64,000 nt of DNA from contig OZ316894.1 in assembly GCA_973895155.1 (NCBI GenBank), forward strand, positions 17,204,563 to 17,268,562. The letters run 5' to 3'. Numbering within the stretch: position 1 is the stretch's first letter; every line of letters starts with the position of its first letter. The position numbers were made by a program, and so were the translations under genes. Source of the DNA: Marsupella aquatica (taxonomy: Eukaryota; Plantae; Marchantiophyta). The notes beneath the pieces are model-generated. The model was not told the origin of the DNA and searched no databases. It saw only the letters and a list, made by a program, of their open reading frames with translations. Shown here piece after piece: positions 13,733 through 27,595 of this stretch.

Positions 13733-16700
13733 CCCTAGAAGAAACCAATCTATATGCAACCAGACAGGATCCTATTGAACGCACTAGGAAGGAGCAAACC
13801 TTAGCAACTATGATCAACTGAGCCATTAGGGTGGTACAACCTCCCAGACTACGGGAGGAGAGCCTAAGAAACTAGGCAAAAGTATCTATTAAATATCTAC
13901 TATGAATGATGCAGGCTCACCGGTGAGGAGAGTAGAGCCAGATCAACGAGCCAGCCAAAAGACTAACCTAGGTCGAACGCAACTGTAATCTGGAAAAACC
14001 AGAACCTTCGCTTTTTTCAGGGCCAAACAGAGGTTTTCTCCCCCTTTGCTGCTGCCTCCTCAGCCATTTTCCACCTTCAATCAGTTGCTATCTGCTCCTC
14101 CTCTGAGAAGCAGAAACAGAGGCTACACTATGCTGCTAAATACATATCTTCTCCCCTCGCTCTCCGTTCCCAGAGATGACTTTTCTAATAGGACCTCTCC
14201 TCCTCACTCCCACCTTTTATATCATGCATTGGTCCTCTCTCATCAGATCTCAGGGCAACCCCCTCCTTTGTCTCACTCCTTTGTTCCTCCCCACCAGGCT
14301 CTCCTGCTCAGCAAAATATCTATATCTATTATTCTCTAAACCTTTCCTCTTCTATGGTCGTGTCATATGTTTCCCACCTTCTTTGTACCTTATGTTTCCA
14401 AATCTGCTTATCTAGCATATGTTTGCTTGAGCAGAACCAGATATATGCTCTCAGTCTGTGTTCTTATTACCTCTCACTTCGGCTGTCTCGTTGCCAGTAT
14501 TTGGACATCGGCATTCTATCAGCATATTTATGGATCTCTGTGCTGTTGCGCCACCTCTGCTCTTGCCTTGGCGTTTGCTCTTCCCCATCCTTTTCATATT
14601 ATATGGGATCTATGAAGTTAGAGGCTTTCCCCTTGATCAGCGGATCTTCTCTCTCATTCTAATATATCTTTTTGTGCTCTCAGGAGTTTGGGGCTTTCCC
14701 CTATTGGGGTTGTCTCTCTTGCCCACAGGGTTTTGTATATTACAAATAACCTAGCAGATAAACGAGGAGAACGGCCAAGAGCCAGGTCCAAAGTGCTAAG
14801 GAAAGAGGAACCTCCCGGGAGGTGAGACAAAGCTGGGACCCGCTCAAAGAACCATGCGGTACGGTTCCAAACAGCTGCAGAGTATGAGCAGGAGAAAAAC
14901 AAGTGTCGACTGTCTTCAATGTATTCTCTGCAAAAAAGGCAGATGCCATCCCCTTGCCCACATTGGAGAGCTCTCCTGCCTGTAAAGAGTCCTGCAGCAA
15001 TAACCCTCCAGATAAAATTTTTCCCTCTATGGGGTAAGTCAGAACGCCAGATCCTTCGCCATCTTCTCTGCCAGACAGCCAGAGAATCAGATGCTTCCCA
15101 CCGAGAGTTAAGTGATGCAAAATCACAGGCTGATTTATCTAGCAAGGAATATGCAGAAGCGCTGCTCAGATGACAAGGGACCCAAAGAGATTTAATTCCC
15201 TGCCAGAACCATTGCGCTGCATTGAAAGGATAAGAGAGAGAGGGCAGAGGACCACTTTGAAGTAGCCCAATAGTGGTCCCAAGTAAATCTTGGTACATGG
15301 GGCTCAATCCACGGAGCCTGAAGATACGTATCGAAAAGTCAATCCAACTGTTAGAGATCCAATCCCAAAGGTCCTGAGCGGAGCGAATATTTAAACGTTT
15401 GCAGGCCAATGTAATGAGTGGAAGAGAGGTGAGAGGGAAGCCATTAGAACGAAAGGTTAACAATAGTAGGTCCCCAATATTCCACCGAGCCGGAAGGGCA
15501 GAAGGACCCACACTCCACAAAAGCTTACCCCAAATCTTGACCCAGGCCGACCATATGCCTGCTGTGTAGCCCATGCCACCAAATGATGATGGGTAGGAGA
15601 ACAAGAACCGGTCCATTATTGAGTAGCCTGAGTTCTTGAGGTGAATCGATTCTTTCCAGGTTTTCGGAGAAGAGGATGGCCCACTCAGAGAGGGGATCCG
15701 TAAGCATACGTACTGCCCATCTGGCCAGAAGAGCGGAGGCCTGGAGCTTGATATTTTTAAAGCCTAGGCCTCCATCTTGCTTCTTACCGCTCATACGGTC
15801 CCAAGAGACCAGGGGGTTTAGGGTTTAGGGTCTTCCTTCCACCATCCTTGTTGAAACCCCACAGGAAGTCTTTACATATTTTTTGTATCTTATTTGAAAG
15901 ACTCCCCGTCAATTGGGTGTACATCATGTGATAAACGGTCATGGATAGGAGAACCTGCTTTACTAGAAGTACTCTACCTGTGAAGGAGAAGTTTTTATTA
16001 GACCAACTAGCCAGACGACGATTGAGTTTTTTTAGGCAGAAATCCTGACACTGAAGATTAGTCAGATTGTGACCGATAGGAGCACCCAGATAGCTTGTCG
16101 ACTGACCCCGTGGAATAATAATACAATTAGAATTTTTGAGCCATGAAGGGAGGGATTCCAAGCAATAGGTAACGATCTCCGTTTTCTCCAAATTCAGGCG
16201 CGCTCTTGCTGCCAATTCATATTGATCCATTATTGCACGAATTTCCAAAAAGCAAGATTCCCTAGCTGGGGTAAGAATTCCAAGGTCGTCTGCAAAGAAA
16301 CGGTGAAATAGTGTGGGCAGATCATTAATTTTTATACCGTGCACTTTCCCCTCCCGCAGCGCTGCTTCGAATACATCCATAAGAGGCTGAGTCGAAAGTG
16401 CATAGATTAGCGGAGCTAGAGGACAGCCTTGGCGATCTAGGGATCTGTCCTGGGGATGGTTACAGTCACTTTTACCCTGCTGGCTGTCCTATTGTATTGT
16501 GTGTGGTCCGTTGATGGAGACAAAGGATCTATGACGAACTACGGGATATGGGGTACTTCCTTGCCTCGTGATGATCATTCTTGTGGATGGGGCACTTCAG
16601 TTTACCGGTCCCCCTCCTTGTCAGGCATATGGTATTGTCTGGTTTTTTCTCGGCTATGGCTGTGGATCCCAGTGTGAGCGGTGCGGACTTTGCCCTATGT

Positions 16701-17602
16701 CCTTTTCTTGGGGCCATAAGGTTCGACTCGGCCTGAGGCATAAAGCTCAGATTTTGGTTCGAGATTCAGGCTCAAGTTACTCTCCATTCTGGCCATTGGG
16801 ATGAAAGTCAGTTTCAGACCTATGAAGGCTCATCCTGGTGTTCCCCTCATCCTTTGGGCCGGTCTTTGGCTGCTGGCGTAGACGGGCTGATTCCCAGTGT
16901 CCCATCTCATTGTGGAGCGGATTCTAGGTGTCTGGCTTTTTTGTTGGAGTGATCGTCGCGGCTCTTTCGTCTCTGCTCTAGCCATGTTGCGGATGCGTTC
17001 AGGCGCCATTTCAGAATGGCAGGATGTGTGGGGCCTAGATCGAAGGTTGTATCCATCGAATTGATATAGCCGTCTCGCTCATCATCGCGCTCCTGGGTTA
17101 CCTTCTTTTGACCCATGGTTATTCCTCCTTGCTTTGTTCCGGCTTTGGCATGTATTCTGGTTATGCGTGGTGTGTGCTGCATCTCTCAGTCCAGCCGCAG
17201 CTGTCCTCGATGAAGTGGCGACGTTCATTCGGTATGTTTTGGGGCTGGGTAGGGTACGGCTTGTTTTTGGTGACCAGCAGGGTATGGACTTGGCCATCTT
17301 TGGGATAGTATTCTTGGGTGGTCTCCGGTTTTGTGCCACCAGGTTCTTTCCAGTTGATTTGCACATAATTGTCTCTTAGGCCACTATAGGTTCTTTGTCT
17401 TCTGGGCCATCAGTCCCCTCTTTCCGCCTCCCTCTCCCCAGCAGGTCTGGGCTGTTTTGTCCTCTCCCAGCATATATGGGTGTGCTCCCCCTCTCTTCCT
17501 TTTTTGCTGCCTTCCCCCTCCAGGCTGTATGTATTGTTTTTTGGCCCATGGAATAAAGTTTCTCGGTTTGAAAAAAAAATTAAAAAATAAAAAAATAAAA
17601 AA
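13733..17602 (+). mobile_element. 5'-truncated L1-like LINE insertion, rearranged into four alternately oriented segments, with poly(A) tail and 12-bp TSD
   Basis: TSD ATATTTATTTAT at 13721-13732 and 17603-17614. AATAAA at 17552, then an A-rich tail at 17571-17602. RT/zf-RVT coding sequence is on the minus strand at 14722-16434, and the ORF2 C-terminus is on the plus strand at 13985-14179. Confidence 0.9.
14722..16434 (-). pseudogene. LINE ORF2 fragment (RT C-terminal half plus zf-RVT), frameshifted
   Basis: RQGCPLAPLIYAL, FFADDL, YLGAPIG, GRVLLVKQVL, GGLGFKN..ALLARW and CLFCREYIEDSRHLFFSC; frameshifts near 15820 and 15620. Confidence 0.92.
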
Positions 17603-18926
17603 ATATTTATTTATTCCGCTAAGCTCGATGGCACTAAGGTAGTGTACCGTCATACGACGACGTAATTATTATCCGTTGGCCGGCCGTGTGTTTGTCTATA
17701 CCGACGACGGAGGCGTCGCCTGCCGGGAAGGCCGCTCCGATTACGGATGCTCCGTGACACTGTGGACAAACTTACTGTCACCGCGTAAAGCCCCGAGTAA
17801 CCAATGCGACTGTAACACTGTAACTTCCTTCATTCACGATGTGGATTATTTGGCCGGCCCGGGTGTCAACAACGGCCTTGCCCTGCCAGACACGTCCGCT
17901 TGTTGCGGCGGAGTCACGGGCGCACAAACGCACAAACGCACAAACGCACGACCCTCATGCAAAATCCAATATTCGGTCTGCGTTGCTGCAGCTGGTGTAT
18001 CGCTGTGATGAAGGAGTGAGTGAAGGTGCTACTCCTGTTCCTCACATTGAGTGGGGAGTGAAGAGTGGGACTCCTGATTCCTCTGATTCGTGATGCACGT
18101 ACTGGAAAGCTGGAAAGGAAAGTAATAGTGTATGTAAGTGAGTAAGTGAGCATCTGAGACGACGAATTGGTCAAGATTTGGCTCCGGAGAAGAGGAGATT
18201 GATGATACTGTAGAATGATGATCGGGAGAAGGACACGAGGTGGTCGGTTGGCTGATTTGCACACTAGGAAATGCATTCTTGGGCAGTTGTTTGCTTGGCC
18301 CGATTTATTATTATGCAGTCTGTTGTGGGTCCATGCTGCGAGGGAGGTCATGAATCGGTCTGCTAGTTTCGGGGTAAGTGTGTTGGCGTGGTACGCAATC
18401 TCCGCCCTGGACATCATGTCTTTCCTGGACTTGTCTCTCGGTCCCATCTCGATCTCTCAGCGTTATGGAGAAAGGTTTGTTCTCAGCAGCTGTAGCTCCT
18501 GTGTCACGGGTCGATGAAGTCTGGAAGTTTGGTCTCCTGCTCCATGATTGTGGATCGATGAAGTCAGGGCTGCGGGCGCCTGAATTGCTCATCACCTTGA
18601 AGTTGAGAGCGCCGGGGTGAGATTGAGCGCACTGAGCTGCTTCTGATCGAGATTTTGTCTCCCAAAGGAGTGTACGCGCACATGTCTGAGTGACTGTGAA
18701 AGACGACGACAACTGATATCGCGATTATGGTTATGGATAGATTCCGCATTCATACTGGGGCGGGTATGCATTCACGGGGAAGCTATTGGAATTGAATTCT
18801 GCAGACGATGACGGGAAATTATGAACACAGTGGAGAAGAGGTTGCCTCGTGAATGAGCACGTAGCCGCAGCTCGATCTGATCGTGACAAATTCGAGTTTC
18901 GTACGTGTGAGAGCGAGAGAGAGAGA

Positions 18927-21900
18927 ATGGCTGGCCGCGGGTCGACTCAAAGTTCCGGTGGCAACAAAACGGGAGCAAATGGGGTAGAGCCGATTTCGCA
19001 GAGAACGAGGACGCAGCAGCGAGAGCAGCAACGAGAGCAGCGGCAGACCGCGGCGGAGAACATAACTACTGTGGTCGGAGGCAGCAATACCTGGCGTACA
19101 TTGAGCGGAAGGTATGTGTCGATCGAGCCTGACTCATCGATGTCGATGGATATGGACTCGGAATTCGTTTACACGGTACACATTCCTCCGACTCCTGACA
19201 ACCAACCCATGTCTACTTCCACCACGCCTCAACCCCCCGTCCCGTCGTCAGCAGGAACCGGCGGCAAGCTGAGCGAGCAAAAATTCGTGTCCAGTACCAT
19301 GTTCACAGGCGGATTCAAAGACCCCACTCGAGGTCACATTATGGACAAAGTGACGGACAATGCCAAAAACAAGCGGACTCATCCACAAAATTTGGTGTCG
19401 AAAACTTGCCAGATGGATGGGTGCGACGTCAAAGTTATGAAAAACGGGAGATGCGAGGACATTTTCCCTTGTTCGTGCCAATTCAAAATCTGCCGCGACT
19501 GTTACCTCGATGCTCTCGCAGCTGGAGGAAAATGTCCCGGCTGCAAGGAAGACTACAAGGATTCCGATGCTGCCGATCATGATGAAGACGTCCGTGACGA
19601 CTATCACATCCCTATGAACGATATCAAAGCCCTCCCCTCCCCCATCGGCGACTCCTCGCGGATGAGCTCTGCTCGCATTGACTCAGCGCGAATGGACTCG
19701 TCCCGAATGGACTCGTCTCGACTAGATTCCGCTCACATTGATTCCGCTCACATGGACAGGAGGCTCTCGATCCTGAAGGCGAATGATCAAAATCAGACGG
19801 GAGGGGATACCTTTGATCACGCTCGATGGTTATATGAGACCAAGGGCACTTACGGCTACGGAAATGCGGTGTGGCCCACGAATGACTCCTACATGGGCGA
19901 CCGTGATCGTGATGGCGGCGACGGAAGCCACGACGGCTTTACTCATGGACCTCCCCCTAATTTTGACGACAAAGGGAGACGACCTCTTTGCCGCAAAGTG
20001 ACGATTGCAGCTGGGATTATCAGTCCTTACAGGTGCACAATTGAAACAATTTGTCGGCTAATTTTGAATTTCTCGATTGATTTAGAATAATGATGCCATT
20101 GTTGAGTAAGAAGGATTAGTGAAGTGTCTGTGAGGTTTGGATTGAGTCGATGCCGAAAATTAAGAAGAAATCTTTGCGCTGTGCAGGTTTCTGGCCTTGC
20201 TGAGGTTGGTGGTGCTAGGATTTTTCTTATCGTGGCGAGTTCAGAACCCAAACAGAGATGCAATGTGGTTATGGGGAATGTCAGTGATCTGCGAGCTGTG
20301 GTTTGCGTTCTCCTGGATTCTCGATCAGATGCCCAAGCTGTTCCCGGTGGATCGTGAGACGGACCTGGAAGTCCTCAAGGAAATGTTCGAGAGTGTTAGT
20401 CCCGAAAATCCGCGGGGCCGCTCCGATTTGCCCGGGATGGACGTGTTCGTTTCGACAGCCGATCCAGAGAAAGAGCCTCCGCTCGTCACCGCCAACACAA
20501 TCTTGTCAATTCTCGCCGCAGAGTATCCGGTCGAGAAGCTCGCGTGCTACCTTTCTGACGATGGAGGCGCTCTCCTCACCTTCGAGGCTCTTGCCGAGGG
20601 AGCCAGTTATGCCAGGGTGTGGGTTCCCTTCTGCCGCAAGCACAACATCGAGCCCAGAAATCCCGAGACCTACTTCCTGATGCGCGGAGATCCCACCAAG
20701 GGAAAGGTACGCAAAGACTTTGTGAAGGACCGGCGCAGAGTGAAGCGAGAGTATGATGAATTCAAGGTCAGGATCAATGGGCTGCCAGAATCTATCAGAC
20801 GACGCTCTGATGCTTACAATGCGCACGAGGAAATTCGAGCCAAGAGACAACAATTGGAATCCGGAGCAGACCTGTCGGAACCTCTGAAGGTGACCAAGGC
20901 TACCTGGATGGCTGATGGCACTCATTGGCCCGGCATGTGGGTGATTCCCAGTAAGGAGCATGGCCGTGGCGATCACGCAGGAATCATTCAGGTAATGACG
21001 GTTTCCAAAAAAACTCTTTTCAAATGTCTTTGAGAGTCATTCACAACCATTCATTAGTTCATCAATTCACAAAATTCTGGTTCCAATTGTCCAATTGCAT
21101 CCTTCCGGTTAACGGAATTCTGGCCGGCGTATGTTTGGTTTTCTAGCTTCCTCATATGCAAACAGAATTTTTAGGACTACATGGACGGCCAGGTTTCTGG
21201 GTTTAAACAGAGCTTCAATTGTGCAGGGCTAGCCCGTTCTACTGTAGACTCCAATGGATGAACTCTTGGTGGACAGTACAGTCATTACCATGATCTCAAC
21301 AGAGTTGTCTGTATATCTCTCGAGGGAACTTAGAATACCGGATGTGGTTCATCGTAGCCGGGACAATTATTCAGTCACTACGATGGCTGAGCATGACTCG
21401 CAGTTCGAGTTATCAGGCAAATTTGTGTGATAACAAAATCCTAGCTTGACACTAACTTGCAGCCTGACTGAGGAGTCCAGTTGTTGTAGGCGCAGCATGG
21501 ATTTCTTGACACCATGGATTTTCCGGTACACATGATTTCTGTTTTGTCGATCAGTCACCATTCTGATGATATTCTGCTACTGGCATAATGTTGAAATTGT
21601 GCCGGCCTGCTGCAGGTGATGCTTGCACCACCTCACCCCGAGCCATTACTAGGGAGTGCCGACGAGTCCGAGAACCTGATAGACACTACAGACGTAGATA
21701 CTCGGCTGCCGATGCTGGTCTACGTTTCTCGAGAGAAGAGGCCGGGGTATGACCACAATAAGAAGGCAGGAGCCATGAACGCTTTGGTCCGAACCAGTGC
21801 GATCATGTCCAACGGAGCCTTCATTCTGAATCTGGATTGTGATCACTACATCTACTACTCCCTCGCAATGAGAGAGGCCATGTGCTTCATGATGGGCCGA

Positions 21901-23424
21901 GGAGGCGAACAAATTTGCTACGTTCAGTTTCCTCAGAGGTTCGAAGGCGTCGACCCCAGCGATCGCTACGCCAATCGGAACACGGTTTTCTTCGATGTGA
22001 ACATGAGAGCTCTGGACGGCATTCAAGGGCCTGTGTATGTGGGAACAGGATGCGTCTTCAGGAGACTCGCGCTCTACGGGTTTGATCCTCCCGAGATCGC
22101 AAAGGATCCCTCATCATGCTGTTGGGGATGTTGCGGGGGCTCTCGGAAGAAGAGCAACAACAAGAAGTCGAAGAAGAAGAAGAAGAACAAACCGAAGAGA
22201 GAAGCCGTCGTCGCTGCTGCCTTGAATGGCGGTGGTACCCTCAGCGAAGATGAAGAGATGGAGCTGGATTCTAGGAGCCTTCTCCCAAAGCAATATGGTA
22301 ATTCGATGGCTTTCATAGAGTCGATTCCTGTGACGGAATTCCAAGGACGCCCTCTGAACGATAAGGGCATTCACAACGGCAGGCCGGTCGGTGCTCTCAC
22401 GGCACCTCGTGAACCCCTAGACGCTACCACTGTCTCCGAAGCCATCAATGTCATCTCGTGTTACTACGAAGATAAGACGGAGTGGGGGCAGAGAGTGGGA
22501 TGGATTTATGGTTCAGTCACGGAGGACGTGGTGACAGGGTTTCGGATGCACAATCGCGGGTGGAGATCGGTCTACTGTGTCACGAAGCGTGACGCCTTCC
22601 GAGGAACTGCCCCCATAAATCTGACCGATCGTCTCCATCAAGTGCTTCGATGGGCCACAGGGTCAGTGGAGATTTTCTTCTCGAAGAACAACGCCATCTT
22701 TGCCAACGCTCATCTGAAATTTCTGCAGCGGATTGCATACATGAACGTGGGCATCTACCCATTCACGTCAATCTTTCTCGTGGTGTACTGCTTCCTGCCT
22801 GCAATGTCGCTCTTCTCTGGGCAGTTCATTGTGGCGGCCCTCAACATCACCTTCTTAGTATACTTGCTCATCATCTCTGTCACTCTGGTCTTGCTGGCCA
22901 TTCTCGAAGTGAAATGGTCAGGCATCACTCTAGAGGAATGGTGGAGAAACGAGCAGTTCTGGGTGATTGGTGGGACAAGTGCTCATCTTGCTGCCGTGTT
23001 CCAGGGGTTGTTGAAGGTCATGGCAGGAGTTGACATCTCCTTCACACTCACCTCAAAATCTGGGGGAGAAGACGAGGACGATTTGTACGCAGATCTGTAC
23101 ATGGTGAAGTGGACTGCACTCATGATTCCTCCCATAACCATCATGCTTGTGAACCTCATCGCCATCGCTGTGGGTGTGTCCCGGACGGTGTATAGTACCG
23201 TTCCACAGTGGAGTAAGCTGGTGGGTGGAGTCTTCTTCGCAGCGTGGGTGCTCATTCACTTGTATCCCTTTGCCAAGGGACTCATGGGAAGAAGAGGAAG
23301 AACGCCTACCATAGTGTTTGTCTGGGCGGGTCTTCTCTCCATTGTCATCTCCCTATTGTGGGTTACGATATCCCCACCCAGCAGCTCCACCGGGTTGGGA
23401 ACTAATTCTTTCCAGTTCCCTTAA
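18927..23424 (+). CDS. CSLD: Cellulose synthase-like D (GT2), 3 exons, about 1239 aa
   Basis: Exons 18927-20032, 20187-20991 and 21616-23424 splice in frame. CSLD-specific N-terminus ([26 protein letters not shown]-like C-rich region, [14 protein letters not shown]); catalytic DDG, DCD, TED and QVLRW motifs; C-terminal transmembrane helices. Confidence 0.96.
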
Positions 23425-26400
23425 GATCCAGGCTAGGGAGCCGCATCCATCGGCTACCTTTACCGTTCATCTATATAATCAATCATCTCGTGCCCCCTTG
23501 TGGTTACAGCCATGGATCTCACCGTTCCCATTCTGTCACTGATGGGGTTCGACAAACCGAGCCAGCAGACTAAGTCAGTCTCCTTGATAGGATTGAAGCA
23601 TACAGGCCCGACAATTCAGGAGATTGAGCTAAATTGGGAATCTTTGTAAGATGCGAGGCGAGGATTAATTGAAAAAAACTCTGGTCTTGACAAGGGTGGC
23701 TGCGATTATAGGACGGAGATAGAATTATCCGACTTCCACGTACTATTATTAAGTGAGGCCAATATGATCGGCGGTTCACGAAGAGTTTGGAAAGGGGGGA
23801 TTACGGAAGGAATGACCAACTGTGCTTACTTTGTGTAACAATGATACGCCGCTCCAATTCAAGGGCACAGGATACAGGACCAGGAGTTTGCACTTGCTCA
23901 AAATTCTGAGAGTTCGATTCCATTCAGAAGGTTGTGACTGTAGTCTCCCAAACGACAGTTTACAAATGTTCGCAGAGTCAAGGTGAAGCTGCATCCAAAC
24001 AAAGGCTCAGCTAACGAGGGATCGATGTGGGAATGTGGAGGACGGACGAAGACTATTTTACAATTGAGTGTATAAGTAGATCGAAGCTAGCTAGCTAACT
24101 ACCTGAATTGTCATGATTTATGAGATTGAATCCCTGTACAATATTCGAAGAGAGAATTGGTGGAGCAACAGATAGATCAAGTGACAGTTAAGCCATTCTT
24201 CGTTGAATCATTCTTTTGAGCAGAAGTGTAATTCTCCTGATTATGATTACTCTGCTAGCAAGTAGCCAGGTACCCCCATTCATTCAGTTTTTCATTTATT
24301 GTGCATGATTCAAGATTTATGTGAAAGGGTTTTCCCTTTTTTACAAAAAGAAGTGACTGTTCCTTCGTGTGCCTTCCTGATTGAGCATGAGGCCCACTTG
24401 CCTCCATTGCAAGACTGCATTCGTGCTTGGGCAGGTTTACTTATGGTGGAAAATTTACAGACACTTTGTTGTGCTCAGAACAATCCCTGGATCAACTACA
24501 TCAGATACTCAAATTGCCACACACCGACACACAGGTTGCCATTTTCTTGTTGGCCTGACAACAATTTAAGAGTCTGTTGGCCTTCATTTCGCTCAAAAAC
24601 AATAAATAAGTGAAATGATGTACAGAGCAATTTATTTCCATTGCTTCAGAATTGCTTCTGAATTTAAATAGAAGCTGCTGCCATGCACCCAATCACTGTT
24701 CCGATTGCTGGACTAGACCATTCTCATGATCACTCAAGCAACGGATTTTACTTCAATCGCTTCAGGATATAAATGACTGTCCCAGGTATACCCAAGGTAT
24801 AAGTGATTGCAAGACTTGCCTGCCTTGTGTTCTTTCCAAGCAGAATTCCTTTCCTTTCACTGGAAAGATATGATATCAGGCTAAGTCAAATCTCAAATTT
24901 CTTCTAAGGTTGTAGATATCGTCATTGCTTGCCCAACAGCAAGGCCTACCCATGTTCCGTTGTGTTAGCAATAAACAAGATCTGGCAAGAGGGCTCTTGT
25001 TGCTTCAGGCTTGCATCACTCCAGCCAGCCAAAAACTCCTCCAGCCAAAAACTCACCTTGGTAGGGACAATCTTTCTATAAGGCTCATGGGTTGCCTTCA
25101 AAGGTCAATTGATGGAAATAACATTTTTATTAGGGAGACTAAATGTAACATTTATAGAGCAGTCCTGGCGAAATGTGAATTTGATACAATTCTGCTCAAT
25201 TCTGCTTGAATGAATGAATATCAAGGGTATTCAAGCTTTCCCTTTTTCCTGCTCAAGATTTGGGCAACCCAGGCTTATCGAGAAACAACTAAACAGGTCC
25301 ATTAGGTCCCTTTAACCTCCTCAGCAAAAGTCCAGTATGTTTCATATGAAACTATTTGCAAGAACTTAGGTACCGGCCATCTGTTAGTATTTGAAAACTG
25401 ATTATATATTTAATTTCCCAATACAGTTTACATGAGTGCATTCAGTTGCCATGTGGCTCATTTTCGAAGAGAAGCTCAAATGGATCATTTTTTAACAATG
25501 AAGCTCATGTACTAATAACCCAATCCTAATGGACTGTTCTCAAATGCTATTTTCTGCTTGGATAATATTTTCCTTCCACAAACACACATTTGTTTTGGTG
25601 TTAAACATTGTGATCCATATGGCCTAGAAACCGAAGCCCTAGTAGACCCTAAATGTTATACTATGCTTGGGTAGAATGTTGGGACTTGCATGGATCATTC
25701 CTCTTTTTACTCAAATAATATTTTCTGGGCTGAACCATGTCAGGTCAAGTAATTAGACCTCATAGTCCATGGTTGGTATATGCGGTAGACGTGGTAAAAT
25801 ATTTTGGACCATAGGACCCGCTCCTTTATGATAACGTGTACCTCACTTGGTTTCAGTAATTAATGCTTGGTCCATCCACTTTTTAGGTGGTCAAACAAGC
25901 ATTCCTTTCAGTTTGGTCAATTTTAAAATTAAAGTAATTAGACCCGTACTGCGCAGAATCCATATTAGATGTGTCCCGGTAATTGCCCATCAAAACGTAA
26001 CAAAATATAGTGTCTACTAAGTCATTCCAGGATACTCTCAATCATTCTGCTTCACTCAATCAATGTTATTGAGAGTATATGTGCGATTATGGGGATACAT
26101 GCTAGACCTATATTAAACCCATATGTCTAGAAAGAAGGGGGGACACTGATGCTTGTCATGTTTGGTTCGAGAGCAAACAACACGTGACCTTATCGAATTA
26201 GGTAGAGGGACCATACTTTCCCCACCTTTCCATCTTATTTACCTGATTTTATTTAATGTTGTTTTCGTGGATCCTTATTTTTTATTTTTTATTTTTTTCG
26301 TGGATCCTAATTGATCCTTGTTTTATTTTATTTTCCTTATTTGATCAACAAAGAATTTCTGGGTTGCCATCTCTTTTGGCAAATAATACTTGGCCACTCT

Positions 26401-27500
26401 TGTTTGTGTAATTAGTACTCTGCCATCATTGGAACCAAGGTTAAGAAACCTAAGTCATCTCAAAACAATCCAATGGTGACCAAGTTTATATCTGATGGCT
26501 CAAACTTTCCCTGGTCTTAACTTGCAAAGGGGCTGGGCAGGTATGATAGAAAGAGACTCAGCCCCCAAAGTGGAGGGCAGTACCTAGATGGACCAATCAG
26601 GGTTGAGGGGAGTTTCAATCATCAGATGCAAAAAAGGTGCAAGAGGACCACCCTTGAATCATTCTAAGCTAACCTAAATTAGTTTGCCTAGTCCAGCATG
26701 GAAAAAGGTGGCTAAGTACTTAATCCCAAGTGAAGTGAGAGCTCTAAACAGAAAATAGTCTGTGTTGTTTGTAGGTCCGTGCGCAGGTCTCTTCACTGGG
26801 TTGCAGGGAGAACCAAGGGGCGCGTGTGACCCTTGGAACCTGATGAGAAAGCATTTCAGGCATCCTTAGCACAACCATGGAAGGCTAAATTTAAACCCAG
26901 GACCTCATGGACCACTTCGCAATGCTTTTGTCATTGGCCTATTGCGCATTAGATAGTCTGAAAAGACATCTGGGAGTTGTTATTCATGCAGGGAATAGGA
27001 AGGGACAGGGACTAAGCCAAGGCCAAGTTGTGGGCACACATGCTGGGCAGGGTGACAGGCCGGAGGTCCATATTGAACTATGGGGAGGTGATCTATGTTT
27101 TGAGACTGCGGTGACATTATTGTAACCTCTGCCTCATGTGGCTGCCTCCACCCATTTTTGAAAGGGAGAACTTGGTTCCGTAACCTGAGTTAGGGCAGGT
27201 GACGTAACTAACCCTGAACCCGCAACTCAGTTCTGCCACCAATTAGACCTCTTAATGAAGCCTGTCTCCATAAATAGAACACTAAAACAAAGAAAAAAAG
27301 GGCCATTAACTTTTAAGTACATTGTCACTAAATCAGTAATTGTCACCATTTTATTTGTATTCCAATATTTGCCACGGTTTTGCTGTAAAGTTGCCTTGGT
27401 GAACTTGTTGTCCACATATGAAACTGTGATTTTTGTAAATACAAAAATAAAAGCAACATTATTATCAATTAGAAGATCTTTAATGACAAAGTACTATACC

Positions 27501-27595
27501 CAGAGACAAGATACCACAGGCAAGAAGCCCAATAAAGGGTGTAGCCATGCAGGGAGACAGGATCCCAATGGCAAGAAGCCCATTAAAGGGTGCAA
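27501..27595 (+). repeat. Two-copy ~51-bp tandem duplication
   Basis: GAGACA(A/G)GAT..GGCAAGAAGCCCA(A/T)TAAAGGGTG occurs twice. Confidence 0.7.

Noticed and set aside
16436-17380. Possible LINE ORF1 upstream of the minus-strand RT
   Set aside because: The junction overlap and plus-strand poly(A)/TSD show this is 3' UTR in the opposite orientation.
17676-18850. Many overlapping 60-177 aa ORFs upstream of CSLD
   Set aside because: GC-rich promoter or leader with no domain similarity; conserved uORFs cannot be judged without orthologs.
26500-27250. Possible old LINE ORF2 remnant on the minus strand
   Set aside because: Only weak hints (IAKW, LGIKYL); too degraded to support.
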